Below are positions 17,581 to 27,317 of a DNA stretch of 57,264 nt, one piece after another. Where the stretch lies: IMG/VR virus record IMGVR_UViG_3300037248_000259, positions 1 to 57,264 of that record; one strand, written 5' to 3'. The notes under the pieces were generated by a model that saw only the letters and a program-made list of their open reading frames with translations, ran no database searches and was not told where the DNA came from. Numbering within the stretch: the first letter of the stretch is position 1; every line of letters starts with the position of its first letter. The stretch comes from a virus (Duplodnaviria > Caudoviricetes). A program made the position numbers and the translations under genes.

Positions 17581-19614
17581 ATGCGATTGGTGAGGGATTT
17601 TGAGACACGCTGCGACGTCTCGGTCGTCGACGTAGGGCCGAGGCGTTATGCGGCCGACCCCAGTCTTGAGCTGCTGTGCGTGGGGTTTTGCGTCCACGAC
17701 GGCTCGAGCTGGGGCCGGCCGCTGGTGGCGGTCGGCGTTGGGGGAACGGATGGACGAGCGGCGATTGAGCGACGTGTCCGCGAAGCTGGATTTCATACGT
17801 GTACTCTTGACGACTATCGCGATTGGTATTTTGCTAGTGATGTTTGCGTTGCTCATAATAGCTCATTCGAACGCGCCATCGAAGCCCGTCTCTTTCCCGA
17901 GTTCGCAGCATTAAAAAAGCGCCAGTCCTGTACGGCGGCGCGCTCGCGGCGGCTGAGTCTTCCGGGCTCCCTCGAAGACGTGTGCAAGGTGTTGCGGACG
18001 CCGCATCAGAAGTCCATGGATGGTCATCGCATCATGCTGCAAGTGTCACAGCCGCGGCCGACCTGGGTCTCGAAACGCCAGGGCGCCAAGTATTTTGAAG
18101 ACGCCGAGCGGCTGGCCGCGACGGCAATCTATTGCGCGCAGGATATTTTGGCGGAATGCGATCTCGATTCTTATTTGCCAGAGCTTCCACCCGAGGAATA
18201 CGCCCGCTGGCTGCATACCGAGTTGTGCAACGAACGCGGCGTGCAGCTCGACGTGGAATTGATCAACGCCATGTCGGCGGCGGTCAAGCGCGACGTGGAA
18301 AGCGCGTTGGAGATGGCGCGCAAGGCGTCCGGCGTGCAAGACCTAGAACTGACCAACCCGGCGCGCATCCGCGACTGGTGCGCGACGCGCGGCGTCTATC
18401 TTCCCGACATGCGCGCCAATACGCTCGCCACTGTGCTGGCGGCCCAGGAGAACGGCGCCAAGCCGCTACCGCCCGACGTGCTGACCGTCCTCGAGGCCAG
18501 GCGCACCGTCGGCGGCAAGTCGTCGCTTGGCAAGCTGCCGACGATGCGCGCCAGGGTCATGGACGACAGCCGCGCGCGCGACCTGACGATTTACCACGGG
18601 GCCCATACCGGCCGCACCACCGGAGACGGCATCAACGTGCTGAACCTGCCGCGGCCGTATCGCGGCTTCGATCAGGATTTTGTTATCGCTTCGATCTTGA
18701 AAGGCGACGATCAGGCAATTCGAGTGAAGCAAAAAGTTTCGCCTTCGACCGCGGTCTCGGCCGCGTTGCGCGGCGTCATTATCCCTTCGAACGGCAATCG
18801 TCTGGTCGTCGGCGATTACTCAAGCGTCGAGCCGTGCTGCCTATTTACGTTGGCTAAACAATGGGATGTGGTTGAGATTTTACGACGTAAAGGCGATCTT
18901 TACTGCGAGTTTGCATCGCAGGTTCTTCAACGTGAGATCACAGAAAATGATCCCATCGAGCGTACTTTATTCAAGCAAGTAGTGCTTGGGTGCGGGTATG
19001 GGCTTTCCGAAGATGGATTCGTAATTAAATGCAACAGCGAAGGCGTTACTGCATCGGAAGAAATGATTCGTTTTGGCCACAAGTCGTATCGAACTCGATT
19101 TACGCAAGTGCCTAAATTATGGCGTGGTTTTGAGACGGCTATGAAGGCGGCAATAAGAAATCCTCACGTAGCCTATGCCTATAACGGCGTAAATTTTATG
19201 TTTGACGGCTGGTGGATGGTAATGACGCTGCCGGGCGGTCAATCGATGTATTACCCAAACACGCGTCTTGTCGACGGACGGTACGGAGACGACATCGTTT
19301 ACGAGGGCTGGATGCGAATAGATGGTCGTCCGGCTGGGTGGGGGGACGTTAGAACGTTCGGAGCTCGCATCGTCGAAAACGCCGTTCAGAAAATTTGCAG
19401 AGAAATTATGGAGGAAGATCAACAGGAAATTGAAGCCATCCCTGGCTGGGAAGTGCGGCTGACCGTCTATGACGAAATTGTCGCCGAGGCTCCGCGTTCC
19501 GACAACTATGCAAAGGAACGGATGACTCACATCATGTCGCAGTCGTCGACCTCGATGCCGGAGATGCCGGTGAGCGCGAAAGTTTTTCTCACTGATAGGT
19601 ATGTGAAAAAGTGA
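17581..19614 (+). CDS. DNA polymerase family A with 3'-5' exonuclease
   Basis: DFET, AHNSSFE, YCAQD; HTGR; motif A DYSSVE; motif B RTLFKQVVLGCGYG; motif C VYDEIV. Confidence 0.93.
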   Translation: MRLVRDFETRCDVSVVDVGPRRYAADPSLELLCVGFCVHDGSSWGRPLVAVGVGGTDGRAAIERRVREAGFHTCTLDDYRDWYFASDVCVAHNSSFERAIEARLFPEFAALKKRQSCTAARSRRLSLPGSLEDVCKVLRTPHQKSMDGHRIMLQVSQPRPTWVSKRQGAKYFEDAERLAATAIYCAQDILAECDLDSYLPELPPEEYARWLHTELCNERGVQLDVELINAMSAAVKRDVESALEMARKASGVQDLELTNPARIRDWCATRGVYLPDMRANTLATVLAAQENGAKPLPPDVLTVLEARRTVGGKSSLGKLPTMRARVMDDSRARDLTIYHGAHTGRTTGDGINVLNLPRPYRGFDQDFVIASILKGDDQAIRVKQKVSPSTAVSAALRGVIIPSNGNRLVVGDYSSVEPCCLFTLAKQWDVVEILRRKGDLYCEFASQVLQREITENDPIERTLFKQVVLGCGYGLSEDGFVIKCNSEGVTASEEMIRFGHKSYRTRFTQVPKLWRGFETAMKAAIRNPHVAYAYNGVNFMFDGWWMVMTLPGGQSMYYPNTRLVDGRYGDDIVYEGWMRIDGRPAGWGDVRTFGARIVENAVQKICREIMEEDQQEIEAIPGWEVRLTVYDEIVAEAPRSDNYAKERMTHIMSQSSTSMPEMPVSAKVFLTDRYVKK

Positions 19615-20351
19615 CTTACGACGGGCACTATAAGTATTGCGTCGATCCGGCCTGGACGGTGATCCGGGCGCTCGGCGGCGTGCGCTCGGTGTCCAAAATC
19701 CTCAACACTAGCCCGGAAACGGTGTCGCGCTGGAACCGGCCCGCCGCGCAGGACGGAACCGGCGGCTACATTCCGGAAAAGTATTGGGAAGCGATCCTGG
19801 CCGCGGCGCAGAAACGCGATCGTCGCGACGTCGACCAGGAATTGCTCGCCAGCGGAGCCATGGAGGTTCTGGACGTGGTTAATCGGCAGAAAGTCAAAGG
19901 AACGCGGTTCGAACGGCAGGTCGCCGACGATCTGTGCGATGCGGGTTTTGACGCGGTGCGCGTGCCGTTGTCGGGAGCTCTGAAAGAATTGCCGGGCGAT
20001 GTCGAGATCAGGCGCTCGCCGACCGGCCGCTGGCTGATCCAATGCAAGATCGGCGGCCGTGGCCCGGACATGAACGGCCGTCAGCGCGTCGCCAACATGC
20101 TCGACGAGGCGATCATCGGCTACGTCATCATCCTCGAGAAGCAATACGTGGCGATGCACCAGCGGGTGTTCGAGGACCTGGTGCGCGGAAAGACTTTGAA
20201 TACGCTGCATATTCCGACCGTGCAAATCCCCGGCAAGACAATCATTAAGCAGCTGCACGGCCACGATGCGCTGGTGTTCCGAAAGTCGGGAAACCGAAAT
20301 TGGTACGTCGTTATCGACGGCGACAAATATAAAGCGCAAGATGATCAATGA
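19611..20351 (+). CDS. Cro-like HTH fused to Hjc-like PD-(D/E)XK Holliday junction resolvase
   Basis: LGGVRSVSKILNTSPETVSRW; KGTRFERQVADDL..GF..RVPLSGA..GDV..IQCK. Confidence 0.7.
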   Translation: MTYDGHYKYCVDPAWTVIRALGGVRSVSKILNTSPETVSRWNRPAAQDGTGGYIPEKYWEAILAAAQKRDRRDVDQELLASGAMEVLDVVNRQKVKGTRFERQVADDLCDAGFDAVRVPLSGALKELPGDVEIRRSPTGRWLIQCKIGGRGPDMNGRQRVANMLDEAIIGYVIILEKQYVAMHQRVFEDLVRGKTLNTLHIPTVQIPGKTIIKQLHGHDALVFRKSGNRNWYVVIDGDKYKAQDDQ

Positions 20352-20941
20352 TGTGTTACGATAAATACGACGCCGCTTATGACCAGCGACAGAATGACGG
20401 CCGCCGCCATCGCTGCGGAAAGAGCGACGCTCCAAACACTGGAAGATTCGCCGCGGCTACGATCAGCTTGCAGCATCAACCCGTCGCTTCTGTCCAAGCG
20501 TGACTTGACGTCTTCCAGCTTGGCGTCGAATGCAGCGCCCATGTCCGACAGACGTAAGAGGATCGAATCGATCTGCTTGGTGACCGCAACCTCGCTCTTG
20601 GCGATCGAAGCCGCGTTGCTTTCATTCTGCGCGCCGGCCGCCTCCTTTTGCGCCTGCAGAGCAGCCGCTATGGCGGTGGAGCTGGCTAGGGACAGTTGCT
20701 CGGTGCGCTTGTCGCGTTCTTCGAATTGCAGTCTTATGCCAGCGAACTGTTCATTCCTGAGCAGTGCCAAAGCCTCGAATCTCGATTCCACCAGGTCGAG
20801 GAGGTGCTTGATCTCCCGGTCAATCTGAGTCGGGACCCGGACAGTGTCCTCGTGCTGAAGTGTGATCGCCTTTTCGATGGCTCGCAAGCGAGCCAGTATG
20901 GCGCCTTGAGTATATTCCTGGTCGGATATTTCCTCGGTCAT
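20345..20941 (-). CDS. Coiled-coil protein with C-terminal TM anchor
   Basis: STAIAAALQAQKEA..KSE...KQID; hydrophobic C-term. Confidence 0.65.
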   Translation of the reverse strand: MTEEISDQEYTQGAILARLRAIEKAITLQHEDTVRVPTQIDREIKHLLDLVESRFEALALLRNEQFAGIRLQFEERDKRTEQLSLASSTAIAAALQAQKEAAGAQNESNAASIAKSEVAVTKQIDSILLRLSDMGAAFDAKLEDVKSRLDRSDGLMLQADRSRGESSSVWSVALSAAMAAAVILSLVISGVVFIVTHH

Positions 20942-21426
20942 TGCGAAGCAACAGTAAAAAACAGCGGACGCGTCGTCAGGTACCTCGACCGCATGTAATC
21001 GAGGCCGTTGCAAAAATATTGAATTTTCGAGAAAATCTCGTATTGACCCGGCGGCGTCATTGAAGGGATTTGCACCGTATAATGATCGGTGACCGGATGC
21101 GGCGTTTTCTCGACAGCCTTGACGACGAATTGCACTTGGTATTTCGGATAGCCGAGAACCGGAACCTGGTCTGCTCGTTCGATAAATCTCCATATGTCGA
21201 GCGTGCAAGTACGGAACCTGTAGGCTGTAAAATCAACGCGCAAGGTCGCTCCGGGTTTTACCGTTGCGGGACTGCCGAGATGTTCTAACTCAATCTGCGT
21301 CGAAGGCACGAGCGTGTCCTGCAGCCACCACGTCGCTACCTGCAGTGTCCAGGCGGCGATAATAAACATCCACGCCCATGCAAAAAGTCGATAAACGAGC
21401 TTGACCGGATGTAACAGAAACCTCAT
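20938..21426 (-). CDS. Membrane-anchored protein
   Basis: N-terminal TM then beta-rich domain with Cys pair. Confidence 0.6.
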   Translation of the reverse strand: MRFLLHPVKLVYRLFAWAWMFIIAAWTLQVATWWLQDTLVPSTQIELEHLGSPATVKPGATLRVDFTAYRFRTCTLDIWRFIERADQVPVLGYPKYQVQFVVKAVEKTPHPVTDHYTVQIPSMTPPGQYEIFSKIQYFCNGLDYMRSRYLTTRPLFFTVASQ

Positions 21427-21731
21427 TTTGGAACTCCGATGTGCACTCCCTGAAAATAGAGCGCCACACCGGTCAGCAAGATCGCTAGGACCATCGCCCA
21501 AACGGCGTTGCGAACAAGCTTATATTCGCTTTGTCTGACGAACGGGTCATCCGGCTCATAGGCCGCCTCGAGCTTAGCGATCTTGACTTTAATCTCGGAA
21601 AAATCAGTCAATATAACATTGTCGAATTTTCGCGATAAATTCGACATATCGCTACGAATCAGGTCAAGGTTTCGAAAAACGTCACGTTCGAAGGCAGTGC
21701 CACCTCGGTTCGGGTCCTCCATTTCCGGCAT
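21423..21731 (-). CDS. Small protein with C-terminal TM (lysis-associated?)
   Basis: Coiled-coil plus TM. Confidence 0.6.
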   Translation of the reverse strand: MPEMEDPNRGGTAFERDVFRNLDLIRSDMSNLSRKFDNVILTDFSEIKVKIAKLEAAYEPDDPFVRQSEYKLVRNAVWAMVLAILLTGVALYFQGVHIGVPK

Positions 21732-21747
21732 GATTCCGTTCCATTTT

Positions 21748-22041
21748 TTACGCCGCAGCCGGAAAGCTGGCCGCTTTCAGAAAGTTTTCGATCGCCGTCA
21801 CCTCTTCCGGCGTCGGGTTCAGGTGCTCGATTTCAAATCCGTCCACCGAGACGGTTAGCGCGTCGGAAAACAGCTGCAGCGTCAGGTCTACGCCCGGGTC
21901 TTCGTCGACGTCGCAGGTCAGCGTCCAGTCGCTCTGTTGAATTCCGGTCAGGTGATAGACGCCGCTCGAGGCGGTCAACGTCACGCTGGCCGGACCCGTC
22001 TGCTCGAGCGTGACGCCCTCTATCGTGACTTGATTGGTCAC
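21748..22041 (-). CDS. Hypothetical protein
   Basis: GTG overlapping upstream stop. Confidence 0.5.
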   Translation of the reverse strand: MTNQVTIEGVTLEQTGPASVTLTASSGVYHLTGIQQSDWTLTCDVDEDPGVDLTLQLFSDALTVSVDGFEIEHLNPTPEEVTAIENFLKAASFPAAA

Positions 22042-22448
22042 AGGAAATTCACCTGCACGCCGTCCACGGTGACCGATTTCGCCGGCGTCACGATCGCTCC
22101 GAACCGCGTACTGAAATGCCGGCTGAATCGGCGCGCCGCCACCTGCGGCGCCACGGCGTTGCAAATCTGATTGGCGGCCGTCTCGAGCGCCGCCAGACTG
22201 AGGCCGGTGATAACGTCGCCGTACTCCTGCTGGAGGAGGTTGAGCGACGAATCGACGGTCGGAACCACCGAGCAGGCTTTTTGTGCGATCGCCTGAAACT
22301 CGGCGATAACATTCGCCGTGTCGGTTTCGATCGCGGTGATCGTCGTCGGCAGGCTGGCGCAGCCGGCGACAGTCAGGTAGGCGGCGAACGCGCCGCAGAG
22401 CGGGATCAGCCGGCTACTTCGATCCGCCTTGAAGATCGACGTGCGCAT
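22038..22448 (-). CDS. Putative lipoprotein (spanin-like?)
   Basis: Lipobox-like LTVAGC after hydrophobic segment. Confidence 0.55.
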   Translation of the reverse strand: MRTSIFKADRSSRLIPLCGAFAAYLTVAGCASLPTTITAIETDTANVIAEFQAIAQKACSVVPTVDSSLNLLQQEYGDVITGLSLAALETAANQICNAVAPQVAARRFSRHFSTRFGAIVTPAKSVTVDGVQVNFL

Positions 22449-22449
22449 G

Positions 22450-22659
22450 TCAGCTCCTGTCGCTGTCCGGATCGTCGTCAGTAACCGGCGGTTCGGCGCC
22501 GTGAACGTGACTTTCCACCCAGGCCACGGCTTCGTCGATCTTTTCCTTGGCCTTCGTGAGCTCGTCTGAGGCGCCGATCTGGTCCAGCCAGGACTTGAAT
22601 TCGGAAGCTAGAGCTTTGGCGCGAGCTTCGGCAGCCTGGACGTCGCTGGAAATGGTCAT
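22450..22659 (-). CDS. Small helical protein, Acb2/Tad1-like pattern
   Basis: IGASDELTKAKEKIDEAVAWVESHV; AGGAG RBS. Confidence 0.45.
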   Translation of the reverse strand: MTISSDVQAAEARAKALASEFKSWLDQIGASDELTKAKEKIDEAVAWVESHVHGAEPPVTDDDPDSDRS

Positions 22660-22668
22660 GCTGGTCTC

Positions 22669-23430
22669 CTATGCGGCTTCCTGCCGAAGAACCGTCAAAT
22701 CGTCGGATAGTTGCTGGTAGTCGAAGCCCTCAAGCGACTTTGTGCTATCGAGCATATCACGAGACAATGGAACAATCGAGCCTATGCCGTTATCGGCCAA
22801 GTAGGCGTCGGTGACTTCCTGCTCCCAGCGAGCCCAGGTGGTCGCCAGCGGCACGCCGTTCCGCTGTCCCTTGATCCCGAAGCAGTGTGCCCCCGGATTG
22901 GTCGCCGGGGCGCCGGACCATGGCTGGCCGGTCAGGAATTGCCGCTCCTGTTCGTCGCCGACGATCGCCCCGCAGGCCGGGAATTCGAACAGGTAGGAAG
23001 CGACGATCAGCATATCGAGGTCGGACTTGTCGACCCAGAGATAGTCGTCGATCTTGTGGACTTGGCCGTCTGAGCTTTGAACGCCGTTGGCTTTCCAATA
23101 GACCGCGGCGGCCGACATATCGGTTCCCCGGTCGGTCGAGGGATCGTTCGGGTCGTAGTGAGCTTCTTCTTCGTAGAGCGTGATGGCGCTTTGCGTCGTG
23201 AAGGCAGGAAGGACGCCTCGAGCCCAGTTCCAGACGATCGTCGCGTTGAGCTGATAGGCGGGGACGCAATCTCCGACGCGGTCGTTATCCCACATCTGGC
23301 ACGTCACGCCGGACATGTCACGCCCGAAAGTTGCCGGCGGCGTCGGCAGGCGCGAGAGGCTGACGTAATTGCGCAACCGCAAGCCGGCTGGCCGCCGCGG
23401 CAGGATCAATCCCTTTTTGAATTGGCTCAT
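22669..23430 (-). CDS. Papain-like cysteine peptidase-related protein
   Basis: MWDNDRVGDCV ... GAHCFGIKG ... TW. Confidence 0.55.
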   Translation of the reverse strand: MSQFKKGLILPRRPAGLRLRNYVSLSRLPTPPATFGRDMSGVTCQMWDNDRVGDCVPAYQLNATIVWNWARGVLPAFTTQSAITLYEEEAHYDPNDPSTDRGTDMSAAAVYWKANGVQSSDGQVHKIDDYLWVDKSDLDMLIVASYLFEFPACGAIVGDEQERQFLTGQPWSGAPATNPGAHCFGIKGQRNGVPLATTWARWEQEVTDAYLADNGIGSIVPLSRDMLDSTKSLEGFDYQQLSDDLTVLRQEAA

Positions 23431-23669
23431 TTCAGGTTTGCTTCCATCGCCGCCTTGACGTTCGGCGGGTCGGGCGGCGCCAGCGGGCCCGGCTCGGATG
23501 AGCTAAAGGCGTGGACGACGATGTTCAGCACGGCGGCGATAGCGCCCGCCCAGGCGAGAACGATCTGATAGTTTGAAATTCCGAGCGATTGAAGCGTCTG
23601 CGCCGTGATTCCTGATAAAATCACATAAATGACGTTCAGCCAGATGGCGACTTTCGGATTGATCTGCAC
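23427..23669 (-). CDS. Putative holin (2 TM)
   Basis: Two TM helices, polar tail, near endolysin. Confidence 0.6.
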   Translation of the reverse strand: MQINPKVAIWLNVIYVILSGITAQTLQSLGISNYQIVLAWAGAIAAVLNIVVHAFSSSEPGPLAPPDPPNVKAAMEANLK

Positions 23670-23678
23670 GGCTCGCTC

Positions 23679-23843
23679 CTATCGCGTCTTGAATGCGTAA
23701 ACGACCCAACCAATAAAAATCCCAACCGCCAGCCCGAATATAGCGCCCATCGAGCGCGGCGCCCAGGTCACCAAGGCGTACGTTCCGAGCCCGGTGAAGC
23801 CGCCAGCGGCGATAGCCGGCGGCAGGTGCGGCCGATCAAACAT
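23679..23843 (-). CDS. Small membrane protein
   Basis: MFDRPH... two hydrophobic segments. Confidence 0.45.
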   Translation of the reverse strand: MFDRPHLPPAIAAGGFTGLGTYALVTWAPRSMGAIFGLAVGIFIGWVVYAFKTR

Positions 23844-23957
23844 AGTGCAGCGCCAGCAGAAACAACCCGACAATAACGACCAGCGCGAAGACAACGACCG
23901 ACGCCGCGATCCAACGTACTTCCCGATCGCCCGGGTAATAGTTGAGCGGTTTCCATC

Positions 23958-24191
23958 TCATTGCGCCGCCTTTTCCCATTCGTCATAAGCGATCGCGTGT
24001 AGCTGCTTCAAAAGCTGGGCTCTGGTCATCGTGTCGATGTTGCGGCCAGCCCAGGTGACAGTCCGCCCGTCGTTGCTGATCTGAACCATGACGCCGCCGT
24101 ACGAAAACGAAATGACGGCCGGCTCCTGCGCGTGCGTCGTCTCTGCGAGAAAGAAGAACGACAGCGCGGCGAAAGCGACACGGCCCATCAT
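23958..24191 (-). CDS. Small secreted protein
   Basis: Signal-peptide-like N-term ending THA-Q. Confidence 0.5.
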   Translation of the reverse strand: MMGRVAFAALSFFFLAETTHAQEPAVISFSYGGVMVQISNDGRTVTWAGRNIDTMTRAQLLKQLHAIAYDEWEKAAQ

Positions 24192-24367
24192 ATGAAACTC
24201 TCCAAAGCGAAAGCGACGCCGCCGATCGCCATCAAAACCACGCCGAGAAAAAACGCCCAGATAGCCGTGTCGCCGATGTCATCCCTGGCCGAGCCACGAA
24301 TGAGACCGGTCAACGAAGCCACGGCCCCAAAAATGACGACGCCCCGCGTTGCGTTAAGAATGATCAT
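24188..24367 (-). CDS. Small 2-TM membrane protein (holin candidate)
   Basis: ATG overlaps endolysin stop; two TM helices. Confidence 0.5.
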   Translation of the reverse strand: MIILNATRGVVIFGAVASLTGLIRGSARDDIGDTAIWAFFLGVVLMAIGGVAFALESFI

Positions 24368-24915
24368 GCCGCCAAAGCCTGTAGGAACGAATTCGCATAT
24401 TCGGCTATGTCCTTGGCGTTGTCCAGTCCGTTCACGCATCGCCTAGCGTTATAAAAATCACACTTCGTCGCGTTGATGTATCTCGGAAGACCGACGCCGG
24501 TGAACAATCCTTCGTTCATCCCGAGGACCAGGATTTTGGCGGCGATCGGCGGCTCGAGCGCTTTATCGGGGAACTGCACGAGGTCTTCGCCGGTCAACTT
24601 GCCAGCTTTTTCATAATTAGTTTGCCAAGTCAGCTGCACGAAACCGCGCCCATAATAGACTTGTCCATAGGGCGGCTCGGCATAGCCGTAGGGACGGCCG
24701 CGCCCTAGGCCGATCTCACGAATCGGCACCACCGTATATTCAGTCTCGTAGTATGCGGTCGCCAGATCGTAGGCCAGCTGACGGGTGTCGGACAGCGTTT
24801 CAGCTTCCCAACAAGTCAGGATCGCGTTCATTCCATCGGCCGCCGATTGCGCGAGACCGTGCGCAAACAGGGTGCTTCGAATATGCGCATAAAAGTTATC
24901 GTGATTGATTGGCAT
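24364..24915 (-). CDS. Endolysin, glycoside hydrolase family 19-like
   Basis: QLAYDLATAYYET..PIREIG..YYGRGFVQLTWQTNY..ARRCVNG. Confidence 0.88.
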   Translation of the reverse strand: MPINHDNFYAHIRSTLFAHGLAQSAADGMNAILTCWEAETLSDTRQLAYDLATAYYETEYTVVPIREIGLGRGRPYGYAEPPYGQVYYGRGFVQLTWQTNYEKAGKLTGEDLVQFPDKALEPPIAAKILVLGMNEGLFTGVGLPRYINATKCDFYNARRCVNGLDNAKDIAEYANSFLQALAA

Positions 24916-24916
24916 A

Positions 24917-26602
24917 TTAGTGCACCGATTTTATAAATGTTGGAGTTACGCTATACGTAGGCGTAAAGGATTCGCCGGGGCCGAGAGCTATCGTGCAGGG
25001 CGTTGCGGAGCAGATTGCGTGGCCGCCGATTGTTACGCTGGATAACGTTCCGCCGGTAAGATAATCGGTTTCCGGTGACAATCCGGCCGTGTAGGCGCTT
25101 CCCGAAGACGGCAAGGTTCCGACGCTGGCGCCGACCGGATTATAGCCGTTGAGGTTAAGCACTTCGTTTCCTACTCCACTAGACGTATTGGCGACCGTCG
25201 TCGAGTTCGAGCTGATTGATCCGGTATCGACGATGTTCCCGGCGGAATTAGACTGGAAGTTAATAGCGTTGGCTTCGTTATTAGTTGCCGCGTATGAAGT
25301 CACCGTATTTCCAGTCGCTGTATCGGTGAATAGTAGACCGTCTCCTGTTCCGTAAGTTGAACTGATACTAGAAAACGTATTGTAGCTCGATGCGCCGCCG
25401 ACGTAAAAACAAACGGCTCCGGCTGCGGCGCCGGTTCCATTAACGTCGCCGTAGCATTGGTCAGCCGCCCAGCTGCCGTTTGATGTATTATCCAAGAGCC
25501 AAGCGTTTCCGGCCACCAGTGAGGTTTGCGAGCCAACAACCGTATACCTGGTTACGCTGTTAAGTTTTACGCCGCCGCCAATAGTCGAATCCATAAGAAC
25601 TCGATCGAAATAAACATTTGTGCCAGTTTCGATATCCAACCCCCAAACACCGCTGTTATAAGCGCGCGTCCCGCTGCCCCATCCGGTAACGTCAAATTTT
25701 ATTAAATCCAAGCCGCCAACATTGTCGAATTCCGCACCGGTCCAATTAACGAGTTGCGCATCTTGCGAAAAATCGACTGTCGTTTGATAAAAGAAAATGT
25801 AACCGCCGGTACGACTGAGGTACAACTGGCGGCCTCGAGTTTTCTGCATAAGAATATTCGAGGCATAAAGATCGAACACTTGATTGGCGGAGTGGTCATC
25901 ACCAATCGCTTCGACGCAATTTGTGAACCAGAGATTTCCTAGATTTATTTTATCGACGTTTTCTATTGACGTGGCGAACCGTAACGCCGTCGTTCCCGAC
26001 CCGGCTCCCGTCATGTCGATATGCAAATTCCAAGTGTACGTCATCTGGCCGGCGGCTTCGTCATATAGAAATGGCCCCGAGGACACCGAGCTTTCCAACT
26101 CGACTTGTTCATCGGATGTAATGCAACCGCCGTTTGGAATGACTATTTCATTCGTGCCGAAATTATAGCCGCTTGCCGTATATGGAATAAGCGCACAGTT
26201 TCCTGTCGCTAAAGCGTTTGTGAGTGCGGTCGCGTTAACCGAAGCGTGGCTTATATTTCCGTCACCGACGGCTCCGAGCCAGGTGATGTTGACGGGTATG
26301 CCTTTCGAGCACGCCCATACGCCTGTAAACCGCGCGATAAGATACCCGACCGTATTACAAAACGTCGCGTCGAGAGTGCTTGTATTGACGTTCGCAGGAA
26401 GATTGCCGACTGTTACCTTTTTTGAAACTCCGCCTTGAACGACATAAGTAAGCTCATTTCCGGAGAGAGGCACCGAAGCGTTCGGGCAGGACGAGATCGT
26501 ACCGCAAACTTGTTGCGCTTGAGTCGGAAGATTAAAAAATTCTACTCCCAATGCGGAAGCCGAAATCAAGAATGAAATAAGCCAGAATTTAATCCCTCGC
26601 AT
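24917..26602 (-). CDS. Beta-helix tailspike/depolymerase-like protein with signal peptide
   Basis: VNITWLGAVGDG..NATALTNAL pectate-lyase-like start; N/T/S/G-rich; N-term signal plus QVCG..SCP module. Confidence 0.7.
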   Translation of the reverse strand: MRGIKFWLISFLISASALGVEFFNLPTQAQQVCGTISSCPNASVPLSGNELTYVVQGGVSKKVTVGNLPANVNTSTLDATFCNTVGYLIARFTGVWACSKGIPVNITWLGAVGDGNISHASVNATALTNALATGNCALIPYTASGYNFGTNEIVIPNGGCITSDEQVELESSVSSGPFLYDEAAGQMTYTWNLHIDMTGAGSGTTALRFATSIENVDKINLGNLWFTNCVEAIGDDHSANQVFDLYASNILMQKTRGRQLYLSRTGGYIFFYQTTVDFSQDAQLVNWTGAEFDNVGGLDLIKFDVTGWGSGTRAYNSGVWGLDIETGTNVYFDRVLMDSTIGGGVKLNSVTRYTVVGSQTSLVAGNAWLLDNTSNGSWAADQCYGDVNGTGAAAGAVCFYVGGASSYNTFSSISSTYGTGDGLLFTDTATGNTVTSYAATNNEANAINFQSNSAGNIVDTGSISSNSTTVANTSSGVGNEVLNLNGYNPVGASVGTLPSSGSAYTAGLSPETDYLTGGTLSSVTIGGHAICSATPCTIALGPGESFTPTYSVTPTFIKSVH

Positions 26603-26603
26603 C

Positions 26604-27317
26604 TTATACCTCGACCAGAACGACTTGAAGATTTCCGAACACGAAACCTGTTGACCCGACTGCTTGCGCAGCCAGATCGAACCAGTAGCTTGTTCCTATT
26701 CCAAGATTGAGCGCCAATCCCGTGAGACTGAATGGATTTATCGAATCATCCGTAGTAGCTGTCGCCGATAAAGAAAACGTTTGCTGCGGCGTCAAAGCCG
26801 TGCCGATTAAACCAGCCCCATTTCCAGGGGCGGCCCCGGACCCGTAATTTACGGTCCACCGTATCCCGTCTCCAACCGTCGTGACCGACCCGTTGAAGGT
26901 GTAGCCACATATCGTCGCCAGAACGCGGCCTGTAACGACGGGCTTGATTAATGCGCCAAGTCCCTGCATCGTAAAAGATGAAGTACCGGCTGGTCCGGTC
27001 GGGTTAGCCGGTTGCGAAGCTGAAACAGCCCCCGGGCCGGTAAGTCGTGACCAGCATCCGGACGTCGATCCGCCCGGAACAATCGTAGTCGCGCCGTTGT
27101 CGTCGACTGGACTTGACGCAGAGTAATTCCACCAGAAGACGCCCTGGCCGCCATCGCCTGGCGCGCTGAATCCTCGCAAGAAAGTTTGCTGCCCTTGCGC
27201 GCCGGTAAAGGCGCGTAATTGAGCAGCGCTGTCGCACGTCTGCTCGAACGTGTTCAAACCGTCGGCCGGAACGACGCCTTGCCCCTGGACGTAGGTCGTG
27301 AGATTCGGCGCGGTCAT
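26604..27317 (-). CDS. Putative tail protein
   Basis: LRGFSAPGDGGQGVFWW..DDNGATTIVP..GCWSR motif typical of tailspike head domains. Confidence 0.6.
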   Translation of the reverse strand: MTAPNLTTYVQGQGVVPADGLNTFEQTCDSAAQLRAFTGAQGQQTFLRGFSAPGDGGQGVFWWNYSASSPVDDNGATTIVPGGSTSGCWSRLTGPGAVSASQPANPTGPAGTSSFTMQGLGALIKPVVTGRVLATICGYTFNGSVTTVGDGIRWTVNYGSGAAPGNGAGLIGTALTPQQTFSLSATATTDDSINPFSLTGLALNLGIGTSYWFDLAAQAVGSTGFVFGNLQVVLVEV

